Source: Paragordius varius
Lineage: Eukaryota > Animalia > Nematomorpha
Assembly: GCA_964247055.1 (NCBI GenBank)
Contig: OZ176053.1
Coordinates: 8,742,001 to 8,806,000 of the forward strand
Length of the DNA stretch: 64,000 bases
Reading direction: 5' to 3'
Made by a program: the position numbers and the translations under genes. The notes beneath the pieces are model-generated. The model was not told the DNA's origin, made no database searches, and saw nothing but the letters and a program-made list of their open reading frames with translations. Below, in pieces: positions 1 through 14,500 of this stretch (position 1 is its first letter; every line of letters begins with the position of its first letter).

Positions 1-3000
1 TAATGAACTTCAAGCTATAGCTTTATGGCTAAGAGAACAGGAAAAGCAATTAACGCAAAATCGAATACCCATTTTCAATGATTCTGCATTACGTTCAATG
101 ATGACAGAATATAAGGTTTGAAATCTATCTTTTTAAAAACTACACCCTTTCATTTAAAGACATTTTTTCATTCAAAGTTAACTAACTTTTTTTCGTTCTG
201 GAATAATATTAAAAAATACCCTTTGAAACCAATGAGAGCCTAGTGAATGCTGTTTTTGACTAAAAAGGAGTGTTTTTCACAGAAATTAGCTATTAAAATA
301 ACTCTTTTCACTCAAATGTAATATTTGCTCACTTTAAAGCATATTTATTAACAAATTTGAGCTAAAAAATATTAGTTCAATATAAATATTATATTCTATT
401 TGAAAATTGTTGTTTTTTGAAAAATCGGATATACATTTTTTCTTATAGAATATGGAAAAGGATTATACGAAAAATGCCGAAAAATTAAAACAAGCTCGTC
501 AAACGCTGGATCAACTCTCTAAAGATGGGATACTTTCACCACAAAAAACTGATCGAATTTCACATTTGATTGAACAAGCTAATGAAAAGTTTGACGGGGT
601 AAATATATTATCTAAGTTTTTTATGAATAAAATAGTTCAATATTATGTGAAAAAATGTTTTTACAATACATTTAACTTTTATCATTTTTACAGATTCAGA
701 GTGAATATAAAACCAAGAGAAAAGAAATTGTAAATAATTATCATCGCATATTTCACTTTAATCAGCAATTACAAGACACTGAGGGATGGTTACATGCTAC
801 CCGACAAAACACAGAAAAGTTATTGCCTACCCTTAAACCCGATGATATAAAAGTTATATATTTAAAATTTTGATAACATATGTCTTTAGGTAAGAAGGAG
901 AGTTGAGAATGATAAATTCTCTGTGTATGGGACCGATTTTATTATAAACAATTAACATTTTTTTTCAAGCCATAAATTATAATAATACTTAAAATTATTG
1001 TGAAAATTGTATTTTTATCATGTTTTTGCATTCGTGATATTATTTGACTAAATCCTTGGCTGGTCAAAAAAGCCCAACCCCAACTATAATATACAATCCA
1101 TAGTTTTTAACGAATATTAAATTGAAATAAAAATGTTGTTTTGTCAACACACTCTAGAATTTACATCAAAGTATGGATGAACGTACAACCGATTACAATC
1201 AACTAAATTACACGTTTGTTCAATTGATGAATGATGGTTTGCGCTACAATGAACTGTATGATGTTGATGAATATGCCGTTCCTGAATCCATGAAAGATTC
1301 GATGAAAAAAATAAATGATAATTGGGAGTGGTTAAAGGGTATTGATGCCGCAAATATACCTAAAACAATAGTTTTACAAAAGATGGAAGGTTTGTTTTCG
1401 CTACGCAATTTCTTATTTTGATAATCATTCGGATAGAATCGTATTTTGTTTACAATAAAATTAGTTTCTTAAAAAATTAATTACTCTTAAAGCCAGAAAA
1501 GATTCGCAATCATCAAAAATATTCTGTAAAAATTTGATTCCAAATATTTATTTCGTATCTAATTTCTAGTTTATTGTCAACAAGTTTTGTTTTATGGTTT
1601 GAAACCACAATTGGCTTGGTCGCATTTTTGTCAAAAAATCCGACGGGCCCCATTCGCAAAATATATGGGCATTAACAAATATTTTATTAATTTTAAATAT
1701 ACGACTTTTAAAACTACTATTTATTTTAATTTTTTGCTAGTTCATTGCCAAAATTTGAAAAAATTAATTCAAAATGTTTGTTTGACAAAATCAATTTGTC
1801 TTAGATTTCCTTAAATTTTGTAATTGAAATTTTTTGTGGGTCGCAGAAATATTTTGAAGGGTCGCATGCGGCACACGAGCTATTTGTTGATCACTCCTGA
1901 TCCATGTTTACACAAATTTAAACTTTAAGCTGGATAAATAAATTTTTTACGGATTTTGAGGATCTAATATTGTATATTTAACGGTTATTAAATATTTATA
2001 CTAACCAAAAAATCAATATGTTTTGTATGATTAATATTTAATTATTTGATTAGATGCTCAGCCTGGTTCACCAGCAGCATGGTCAAAAGTACAGAAAGAT
2101 TTGTACGACATCAATGATAAATTAACTACCATAGATAATTATTTATCCACTCGAATGGTAAATGTTATAAATGAAAAGGAAATCGACGCCGAAATCAATG
2201 AAATAAAAGTAACTGTCAAATTGTTTAAAGATTGATTATTTTTATGTTTTGGTATAATTATATTTACCTTATATTTGTTTTTTGTTTGTTTTTAGAAATT
2301 TTCAAATGAAATTGAGCACATTAAACACAAGGTTGAAACGATAAAAGATTTGGGAAAATCTGATATGTTCAAAAAGGCTGGTTTTATCACAGATCAGGGT
2401 AGGTCAATTTATTTTAAAAAATATGCTCTTTGTTTTGTAATAATAATTTATATAATGTTCTATCAAAACCATTCACCATTCAACTATTTGTATTAATCCT
2501 GAGTTAAAAAAATAAATTTTCAGTAAAAGAAGCTGAAGACAAGTGTCAGGATTTACTCAATGCCACATCCCATCGCATAGGAGTCCTTAAAGCTATGCAT
2601 AAAGATCAAATTATATACCATACAATTTTGAATGATATGACAAATTGGTTGGAAGTGAATGAACCAATCGTTCAACAACTTATAAATGTTCGTGATCCAA
2701 CCAGAATAACTCCCGAAGAATATAATAAAAATCATGTAATTAACCGTTTTTGTTTACCATACATACAAATATTTCATTATTTTTGTTTTTTAGAAATTTT
2801 TTTTACATTTGTGAGAACAATATATTAGAAAAAAAAATAATTTAAATATTTATTTTTGCATCCTTATACAGTTGTTTTTGGCCAAAAAAGTACCGACGTA
2901 TGGCAAATTAAATCATGAATTAGAAACAATCATTACAAAAATGATAAATCATTACCCGGATGATGAAACAACCAATCTGAAGACACAACGTGATAATTTA

Positions 3001-6000
3001 CCCAAATTGTGGCATAAAGCGCATATGCAAAATTTGCATCGGTTCAAATTATTATTTTTATGTTAAGATACGGTCAAATCTTTTTTTATGCAGAGTTTTT
3101 TTAATGTTTACCTCTCCATTGGATTTTTGTAATTTTATTGGGCAATGTTTAACTGTTTAAACATTTGTTCGCACACTGTGTAATTTTAGGATACACACCT
3201 GTCAAAAATATGACTGGTGCAAATCGTTGATAATAGTTTGTATATTAAATTTATCTGATGTCGAATTGCATTAATCGCACTATAAAAAATTTAATATGTT
3301 GATAAAATATATTTGGATTCTATAAAAACATTGTAGGTAGAATGTAAAATTAAAGGATGCGCGGCGTTTGCCTTTAGGTAATTCTTTTCAAATCTTTTTT
3401 CGGTCATTTTTTACATTATGTCGACCAATAATACTAATGAAATTTTTTAATTTAAACGTATTAACTTTTTTTGTAAATTTTTGTGCGGTCTTGTTAACTA
3501 GATTAAAAAGAGGCGACTTTATATTTATCATCATTTGTAGTTTAACATATATAATATAAATTAGAAGTTTGAAAGAAATGCCCCCAGTAATTCAAAAAAT
3601 TGGTGTTCATCCTGAAACTGAACAAAAACTTTTACCATCCGATCAAATGCCGTCTGATATTGGAAAAGATGTCACTACAAAAGCACCAGCTACATTGTAA
3701 AATTTTTATATGATTCCATAAATAATTGCTATTTTTAAATAATATTAGTTTATATCATAGCTAAGGGTATTAATTCCCTAAAAGAATGAAAGTTGTATTG
3801 CTTCCCTAATGTTTTAACAATTTCTTGCAAGCATTGTCAGTTTTACTTATATGCCACTTTTTAACATTAGGCTTCAATAAATCTTGGGCGTGGTATAACT
3901 TGTTAAATTAAGGAAGATGAAGGACTTTTCTTGTGAAGATTTTTAATTGCAGTATTTATTAGTCTAGGAGATTTCACTATCCAACGATTGACAGTTCATT
4001 ATAAAACGCGAGTTGTCAGTTAAGTAAAACATTTTGCGACAAGAACAATCATCATATATAAATTTAAAGATTTTCCTTTTATTTAATATCTCCCAAATAT
4101 TGAGGATCATTTCATTTATACAGTAAGAAAAATCTTTCATTTTAATTACTTTTAGCGTTTCACACCTACTCTCACCATCGGATTTGAAAGAATTTAAAAG
4201 TCAACTGGAATCGTTTAAATTAGCTTTGGTGACAGAAGAATCAGCTTTAGATGTTATGAGTCAGGAGGTCAACACAGCTCTCAAAGATCGTGATGAGGAA
4301 CAACTTAATGTTTGGCTCGACCAAATTAAAGTAACCCTTAATTTATCTGTTGAGTTATTAGAGTATTTTTTAAAAAAAACTATGGTATATTATAAAATTT
4401 CTATGGGTTTATCAAAATATTTATGTCATTGTTGTAAACAAAACTGTATATGCCTATCGTTGCTACAAAAAGTAAGGATTCCAATCATCTTAGAACAAAT
4501 TTTATTTTTTTTTTAATCTATATTCTTTCAAATTTTTACTATTATTTCTATTTATATATGTATATTATTTATACAAGTCGGAACTTATCTATATAAAAGA
4601 ATGTATGTATGTCAGATTAAAATAAAAATTTAACAAGATAATTAGCATGCAGTGTACAATGAAATTATTGATTAATTGGCCGTATTCTTATCCCATTTAC
4701 ATGAAGTATATATGTGTAAAGAAAAATTTATACTGCTTATTACATCTATATATATGTTTGCTTGGATATTATTTAGTATATACTTTTTATCTATTTATAT
4801 ATTTCAAACCTATTTTTTAAAATAGCAAAAATATTGATTTTTCCTATTGTTAATTATTTACATTACAATTAATGTAGAATATGTATACAATATTAATGTA
4901 CTTTCATAGAGTAAGCTGTGTATTTAAGAGAAATTTTAATTAAACTACATTCTTGCTTGGATGATAGATCAAACCCATGCTGATTAATAATCAAAAAAAT
5001 TAGAAAGAGTTTTATTTATATTTTTAAAATTAAACATATTTTGATTGCAATTTTATAAATTTAATTAAATTTTCTCTCCCTAAATAAAATTGATTAACGG
5101 TCATTTTATTTCGAATGTTAAGTTTTAAGTTTATTGATTGGATTGATGTGAATTCTTTTTTTAAAATTAAAAACCTAATTGATCGGATAAATAAATATAA
5201 TATTGTTAATTTCTACCCTATCCACACTACCACCACCACCACTAAAGCAAATAGAAAGAAATGAAATAATAAATATACCACATAATAGTAATCACGATAT
5301 TGATGTAATAATCCCTTTTGTAGTTTCCCATTTACATACTCTGATCTGTCTTTCACATTTACATTGTGTGCTTTTACTATTATGATGTAAAAACATATAG
5401 AAAAAGGGTGAGCGTTCTCTCTTTCAAAGCTTTTTTCTGCATGTTGCAGAATCTTGTCTCCCCTTTCAATCATACACAATCACAGTCTTTTCAAAAAAAT
5501 TCTTGTGAAATTAACCAATTTTTCTGGATAGATATGAAATTCATTTTTTTTCTTCATACAGAATTTTTTTATTGCAAAAATATAAATCATTTTTTTTCCA
5601 TTACATAATTCTTGTCACGTTTTCTCCCACATACATTTTCTGGTTAGCTAATTTTGGTTATCAAATTGGGAAAAATAAATTATTTTATCGTCATCGCTAT
5701 TGTATTAATTATAGAAATTGTGAACTCTATATCGTTTTTTTATCCAAAATATTATCACTATATTGGTAGCAAAAAAATTAAAGATGTTTTTTTAGGATTA
5801 TTACATTGTTATCACAAAAAGTGATCTATTTTTTACTATATCCTAGCTTTGTACAATATCTTATACCACATACATGCCTTACACAACTAAAGTCTTTAAC
5901 CTTTTGTTACCACATTGCTTTTATGAGCCTTTTTCATTTTTCGCTATGTACAAATGATATAGATGATATGTATAAAAAATTTAATAGCTATAACCAAGAT

Positions 6001-8469
6001 ATGATGGAAATGACCATTGTAACTATGATATAATTTATCGCGAAAAGTCATTTTTACTTAAAATTGTATCAAGAAAAATTAGACAAATTTCGCTGTGTAT
6101 AACGATCGATGGATACTAATTTTCCTCCAACCCATCCCTTAAATCCTACCACCTCTTCGGCCATTGAATCGGAAGAGGTTATTTCCCGTGTCCGGGATTA
6201 TCAATTTGCGCTGTTAGAAAATCCGCCAACTACGAATCGCACGAGAACGACTTGTAATTACGTCTATTATACATGCGATCAACCGGCAATTCCAACCCGT
6301 GCTCATTACATTTCGAAACCTTTGGCATGGAATAAAGCTGGTGAAGCGACAACTCCTATCTCTGTACAATCGAATGCACCCACTAATTTTAAATCACCTC
6401 AACGCGTGATTCAAACTCCATCTCACAATGTCATTCCTACTACGTACATATCTCCTCATCGCTTCTGTGATTCCGTTTTTCCATCTCCTCATGGGAGTAA
6501 AACAACACTTCCTTCTAACGTACCAGTCATGAAAAAACCATCTTTACCCACTCATCATCGCGATACATCCTATGATTCAAAAATTATGAAGCATACCTTT
6601 CATCCAAGACGATACACTGACAGTAACAACAATTATTACTATCCTGGTAAGGACACCAATGATGTGTTAGAAGGGGTTGATGGTCGCATCTCTCGAATCT
6701 CCTCCCCGGATATCAAAATTCAACCTAAGCCGGGTCGAACCATGTATGTCAGTTTGAGTCGGACCCCATCACCCACACCATTGCAATTGGGAGGGAATAG
6801 CAGTAGACGTTCATATACACCACTCAGAAAAACGCCTATAGGTTATCCATACCAACACCCAATGCCCCAGAGTTTGTTGACTCACGCTTCTTATGCTCAA
6901 GAAAATGAAATAGTCCTACCTCCACTGGCACAAAGTGAAATTATAACTGTGTGGGAAAGGGAACATTTGTCTAAACTAACGCATCCATCATGCTTCCGAC
7001 AAGCCGAAAGGAATGCACTCTTGTTTGAACATCGGAAACAACCTTTACTCTTGCACTCCTCACAAGTGTCTTCTCCTATTAATAGTAGAGGTGTTGTTTC
7101 AGGCATAACACCTTCGAGAGCCCGTTCTTGCTCGATTCGTCGGAGACAGCACCTTCAGAGAGATAAGGAACGATTTTTAGCTGAGGAAAGTTTTTCTCCA
7201 TCTAGTCACAAATATTCACCTCAGAAAAATTCGACTGCAATAGCCTCTACGGCCAAACCATTTTATCATACGCAAATGTTATCACCAATTAAATCCCAAG
7301 TTGTTAATTAGATTTGATTACTCTCTTTGATTTATTTAAACATTAGGTTATAATGACAAGAACAGTTATTTTAAATTTTTCTATTCCTATAACACTTTTT
7401 TCCACCAGATTCAAAACAAACTAAATACTTTTAACTGTTTTCAAAGAACCTTAATTTAAAGAATTAACAATAGCTTATAGTGGTAATTTATTTTGTGTCA
7501 TTATTTCTAACCATAGCGCTAATAGATAATAAAAAAATGAAAGATTATTAAGTTGAATTAAAAAGTTGTTTTTAACGGACATTTAGCTCAGAAATTGCCG
7601 TTGATGGCTTAAAAATCTTTAAACTTAAATGAAGCATGTGTGTACCTTTGAAAAAATAGATAAACTATGTACAGTTTGAAAAATCATTTAACGTTAATCA
7701 TATGCGTGCCTGGAAATATTAAATAATGTTATTAGCCCTATTTTGGATTTCTCGTTCACAGTTATCGCTTGTTAAATTTTAACTGATAATTAAAAAAAAC
7801 AAATAAGAAAAAAAGCATTCTAGAGCAAGCATGTTGATAAGACTTTTAAAAAATTATATATACTCTTTCCTATGGTTGTTTTGAGCGGTCAATATTATAC
7901 CCGGTCTGACTGTTATAGGTAGTGTACCGTAAAATTTAGACGTTAATCACTCAAATTGCTTTAGATAATGTAAGAATAATAATTCACTGGAGTTTTTTTA
8001 TAGACAGTCAGACCCAACCTAACCTTCTCTTGCATGTCTTTTTTTCTATAATCAGTTTTAAATAAGACTCTCTGAATTATAAATATATTTTATTTATTAA
8101 ATCGATATTATATAATCATTTATATTTCACAATATATATTTTTATCCCTTTATACTATATATTTCTCGATAAATTAATTTTCAAGTGTATGCAATCTTAT
8201 ATCTAAAATAAAATTTCCAATTTGACTTTTTGGCCAATCTTTTTGAAATATTACATAATAATAATATTTTATATAACATTATGTTTTGTCATTTTTTTAC
8301 AAGGTAACACTAATCGATTTACATAGACATCACCATAAAAAACATATTATCAATTGTCTTGGTATATGTTACGTTAATGTTCATAAAATAAAAAAATATG
8401 ATTTATTGAGGCCTAACAAGAATTTATAAATCCCAAAAGAGTTTGGCTTTAATATTCATGTTTTTCAAA

Positions 8470-8518
<49 letters not shown>

Positions 8519-11500
8519 TTTTATCGTTGTCCACCATTTACGATTAAGGTCTTTATAGTTATCATTATAACCTTGAGTTTGACAATAACTATTTTTTAGC
8601 GATTATTATCACTAAATATTATCATAAATTCATATATATACCATTGATGTGTATTAAATTTAATAATTTACGAGTTGACACAAAATATATTTTTTGAAAT
8701 AATTTAATTTAAAGTGCTAACATGTATGTGTGTTGTTGTTTATGTATAAAATAATATTATAACTAAAGGAAAATCTTAAAGGTACTGTTATGAAATAGTT
8801 TCTAGAATTTTGTTTAAAGAGACAATAACTTTGATTGAATGAATTATATGCTTGGGTCACCAAATATTTTTTATTTAATCGTAATTGTTTGCAGATGACA
8901 AATAAATACTCTGTGTAATTGATCTCGTTCAGTTAGTTAAGTTAGTAATCTACAAGTTTTGCGATTTTGCTTATCTTTTGTTAAAAAATATATTGTATAA
9001 GAGGAGGAACCTTGGAAAACTATTAATATATAAAGTATTCATTCATTCTTCAACTATTAGTTGCAAAAACTGTGTTGTGATGGCAATCAATAACGCTTAT
9101 AATATTTATAAGAAATATTTAAAATATTATTAGCTCATTTTTATTTAAATTTATATTTTTTAAAAAACTTTATTTCGATCGATTTTTAAATGATATCAAT
9201 AAATTTTTTAAAATTGTACATTTAACGATATACTTATTACATTCTTATGTCCATTGTTCGATTTTCACAACATGGATGAAATGTTAATTACGAATATATT
9301 CACGAAAAATATATCAAAATTTATACGAAAATGAAATTTGATATGTGTTTTTAGGGAAAAAAAATCGTTTTTTTTTCGATTAAAAACATTATTTAATTAT
9401 AGTTGTTAATCATAATTCACAACAAAAAACTAAATTATTTACCATTCGATCGCTTAATAAAAGAAAATTCTGGATCCCTTAGTGTTGACACTTTGGGGTT
9501 GTTTTTGTGTTTTCTTATTTTGCGTTTATCGACTCTACATTATGGTCTGTGATAATTCTTTGCCTACCCATTATTCATGTTTGGAGTTTTATCCCCAAAG
9601 CTATGTAAGAAGTTCATTTTTATTTCTCCTCAAATAGTTATTCTATATCGAAATTCTCTGACTTATATCGCTTATTATTTTATTTATCTTATTTTTTTAC
9701 GATGATCACAAATTTTATCATTTTAAGGAATATTTCTATGCCAATTTATTGATTTTATTGCCATTTGACCTAGGCTATATCTATTAATGGCATTCCTTAA
9801 TATTTTACAAATAAAATTTGGTTTAATGTTTAGTTTCATATTTTTTTGTCATATAATGTGTGTCAATTTTGGGTCATGATATGTTGTTATAAATTTGGAA
9901 AAATTTAAATTAGTCGTTGCTTTCGGGCGCAAAAAACCTAAAAATTACTTTTAATAAAAATATTTGTTGTTAATAATAACTAAACAACTAATTTATATAC
10001 CTTTTTATTTTGAATGGATCATACAAAAGACAAAAATTAGATTTTACAAAAATATATTATTGTTGAATAAAATCAAGAGATAGATTTGTTATAGCGATTT
10101 TAATGGTGCTGTAAAAATAAGTTTTCAGTATGGTAAAAAATTTTTTTCAATCAAGTATTAAAACGGTTTTTATTATACATATTAATGGAAAATAAATTTT
10201 TCAATATCAAAAGCCTATATAACCATTTAATTTTCCTTAAAAAAACTTTGATCATAAAAAATGTCATACCACTTTTTAAATTTTAAAATTATTATAATAT
10301 AATTTATATTTTACCATTCATTTTTAGTTTTTTTATTAATAAATAAAATTTTACCACAAAAATTCTTAAAAACAGCGGCCAATTAATAGTTTCTATGGTC
10401 CCCAACCACCAATTTTTTGCGTTCTTGAAAGTTGGTCACTTTAAAAAATTACAATATTAAAAAAATAGCAAAAAGTTGCAAGCTCAATTTTATTTATTCC
10501 ATTTATTTTGGTTATTTTAAAGGAATTTCAACGAGATCTAGAGGGTCACCGTGTCGGTCACAAAATATTGAATGAGAATGGGAAGAAGGTTTTGGCGGAT
10601 CCAACCTTAGTTTCTAGTAAGGAGGAGGTCATGCAAATACGTTACAAGATAGATGATGTTAATGCTAAATGGGATAATCTTAAACAAAAATCTAATCAAT
10701 TACGGTATTAGTTTATAGTTTAGTAAATGATTTATTTGGTATAACATGTATATGTATGTTTGTAACAAAATATTAAGGTACATCGAATGAACCGTTTAAG
10801 TATATTCCAATTTACAGTCACGTATCCTTTATTTTATCAAAAATTATTTTTTTTGTTAAATGGGTATAAATATTTGGTAAAGAATGGAAAAAACAAGAGC
10901 TCTTTGGTATTAACGATTTCATATTCATCAAAAAAGTATAAAATTACCATAGAGCTCTTGTTTTTTCCATTCTTTACAAAATATTTATACCTATTTAACG
11001 AAAAAAAATAAATTTTTTATAAAATAAAGGATATATGACTGTACTTATTCGATAGTACTAGGGTTGGTGTTTTAAAAAACTTTTGGCTCTATTACTAAAA
11101 TAACAGACAAATCTTTTATATTCTGTGCTTTAACGTTATTCATTTATGTGATAATACCATAATAATCAGAATAAAATGATTAATATTTTTAACACGCACT
11201 CAATTAAAACAATATTCCCATAGTTTGACTATTCTGTATTTTTTTCCATTTTTCATTTCTAGAACTTTATGTGTTTTATTCATAAAGTGAACATAAGTGT
11301 GAAAATAAATTATTCAATAATTCATTATACCATAATTGAGCGATATTATTGAACTGCCAAATATTTTATACGTGTGCCTATGTTTACATCCAAAATTTAT
11401 AACGTCCATAAAAAGACTTTTTAAGGCAATAAACTCACCTAACCCTATAAACTTAAAATAAATTAGAACGACGCTCGAACAACATTATAATCCACGGAAT

Positions 11501-14500
11501 GCGATAGCTCAATCATTGGATGATTCAATAGGCTGGGTGCAAGATCGAACCAATCATTTGGCCATGATGAAACCTTTGGGTGGCGATGTTAATGCCCTAA
11601 GGCATCAAGCAGAAGAAATTAGGGTTAAACTCATTTTTTCCCTTAATTTTAAATTTGATTAAAATTGTTGTTTATATATTTATTGGTAATATTGATTAGC
11701 TTCTCTGGTTGGATATCGGCATTAATATATATAGTGTACCTATGAATATTACCAAATATCCATAACATATTGAATAGTTTGTTTCTTTACGCAAATGTAA
11801 TATATGTAGGATTAGGTATTATTAGTTTATAAACTCGATTTATAATATGAAACACATTTTGTAGATTATTTGTTATAAATAGATTGATATATAATTTTTT
11901 TTTCGTGTAAAAATTAATGCAGAATTTTAATATGAAATTGGATGAACAAAAAGGGCATCCCTTGGTACAAGATGTTTTGAAAAATAGTCAAGCTTATCTT
12001 ACCGATACGGGGTACTACAAAGCTCTGGAACGTCAAGGTTGTAATTATTAGTAGTTTTATATTAAAATATATTATTTCTAGAATTTCGATTTGTGAAAAT
12101 AAACAATATTTTCTTTTGTTGTTAATTATTGAAGAAATGGGAACGTCGCCTGCGATTGAAGCCAAAATACAGGAGGGCCGAGACTTAGAAAATAAAATTG
12201 TGGCATTAGATCAAAAATGGAGTGATTTGATTGACAATAGTGTGGCATGGGAGAATAATGTTCAAGATATGTTAAAAGTATTCTTAAATTTAAATGATAT
12301 GATTTCATAATTTTTAGTTAATGTTGTCCTTTAAAAAAACATTTATATTTTCGTTTTACAGAAAATGGAAGGTTTTAACGATCGACTCATAGCCGTGGAT
12401 ATTGATTTAAAGCAAAAACGTGAAGCGTTGTTACAAATGGATGCTGATGTCAAAAAAGATCCTTCACTTGCCTCGGATAAATATATGCCATACTATAAGG
12501 TAAATTATATTTTATGGAAAAATAAAGTGATTATTAAATTGTTTGGTGTTTCATGATAATCCATAAATGATTTTTTTTAAAAAAATAATTGCAGAAAATG
12601 AAACGAGAATTGGTCGAAGATGCATCACCTCTTATACATTCCCTAAATTCTGAAGCTAGTGATTTTTTGACACAAGGACTTTATCTTTCCAAAGAAAATG
12701 ATGGTCGACTCCAAAATGCCAATGAGGAATATGAAGATCTTTTGCACCAATTGGATAATAGAATTAACATGGGTTAGCCAATACATCATTATTTACTTTT
12801 AAACTAACAACCGTAGTAATAATCATTTTGGATACATTCAGGCCCACATAATACATTTATAAATAAAATATGATATATATATTTTTATTATAAGGGGGGC
12901 CTAATGGTAACTTTTATGAATAAATATATTTTTTTATAGTATTTTATGCATAATATATAAATATATATAGTCCAAAGTGGTGGTATAATTCCAGCATTAC
13001 TGATATCCGATCACCGAAAAGCTCCTGGACCTGTTTCAAATGAAAAGTTTGAACCGCAACAAAAGGTATATGACTCCTCACAACCAAGTACATCTCTGCT
13101 AGAACAACAATCGCAACGTTCCTACCCCGAATTCGGGAAAATTGTTGAAGTTCATAAACCACGAGATAATCATCCACCACAAATGTATGACAAATCTTCG
13201 TTTTATCGGGAACCGGGTCCTTCTTCCTTGTCTCGTCAATCTTTTGGTACCACACGATTTGTTGAAGGTATTTTACATATTCATTCAACAAATCAAACTA
13301 ATTTGATAGATTACATTTGATTTTTATATATTAAATTATTGGTTAAATTTGTAATAATAAAATGCTACTAAAAGACAAATATTTTTTAAAAGATCAAAAT
13401 CCTTATTTTTTCTAAATATCATGGATTTGCGCTGCAAAATAAAATATAAAGATAATTGGTAACTTATGCAATTATATATTTTAAAATTGCAATTATATCG
13501 TTTATGTAGGAAAATAATATTTAAAAAATATGGTTGCCTTAAAAAAGTATTTGACTTTCAGTTTTTACGTTTTGTTCGCTAACGCTGTATCTTCATAATA
13601 GATTTAACACTACCACCTTTGTGGGCCAAAGCATTAACAGATACCGGAGTACCATATTATGTCGAGTAAAATTTTTTAACCATTGTTCACGCATAATATT
13701 ATTTTTATGGCATATTTTCTACCATATATCTTTTTTATAGCATTAAATCTGAACGTACTTATTGGACACATCCTCTTATGATGGAAGTGTTACGGAGTTT
13801 GTCAGAAACGAATTTCATCAAATATTCGGCCTATAGAACCGCTATGAAACTCCGAATCATCCAAAAACGATTATTTTGTAATTTAAATCTGATAATATTA
13901 TTTACCTTTTTTCAATTAACTATATATAATCTTTGATAAAAAATATGAAACATAAAGGATTTAAAAAAAACTAATAATTAGTATTCTAATACCTATCGCC
14001 ACTTTACACAATTAATTCATGCCAATTCTGTTTTCTTCTTATGATATTTTTCATATTTGCTATCCATTATTTGTTTGCCGATTGTAATTATTCTCCATTT
14101 TTTGAATTTTTTATGAATTTTCTGGTAATTTTTAGTGTACTTGCTAAATCTTAACTCAGCCATCGATTTGTTTGATCAAGCAGGACTTAGAGATAAAAAT
14201 GAGGAAGAAATACATGTACCTGATCTTGTGACAGTTAGCAAACAAATTTATACCCAATTACATGCTGAACATCCTCACACAGTTACTAATGTCCCATATT
14301 CTACGGACATTCTTACCGATTGGGTTTTGGACGTTTTTGATCCGTATGATTTTTTAGTTTAAAATCTTATTAATATGCATTTTAAATTTCATAAAAACTG
14401 TAGCTTAATTACAATAATTACCATTTTATATTTGGAGAAATTCATCAACGTGCTTGATTATATATCAATTTTATTTAGCGACAAAATGATTTTAAACAAT

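Noticed and set aside
881-896. TTTAG|GTAAGA (and similar at about 3375) as recursive splice sites or a 37-nt intron in dystrophin
   Set aside because: The same 9-mer appears in intergenic DNA (about 25424, 30506, 44547), so it is expected by chance in AT-rich sequence. Flanking exons join in phase without it.
5203-6033. Cluster of 60-90 aa ORFs upstream of the 400-aa ORF, and similar short ORFs in introns throughout the window
   Set aside because: F/I/L/Y/K-rich translations typical of AT-rich non-coding DNA, often with non-ATG starts and no motifs.
9464-9640. TM + HYSC segment resembling a KASH domain
   Set aside because: No terminal PPPX motif, and the luminal length and sequence do not fit. 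It is kept only as a candidate exon.
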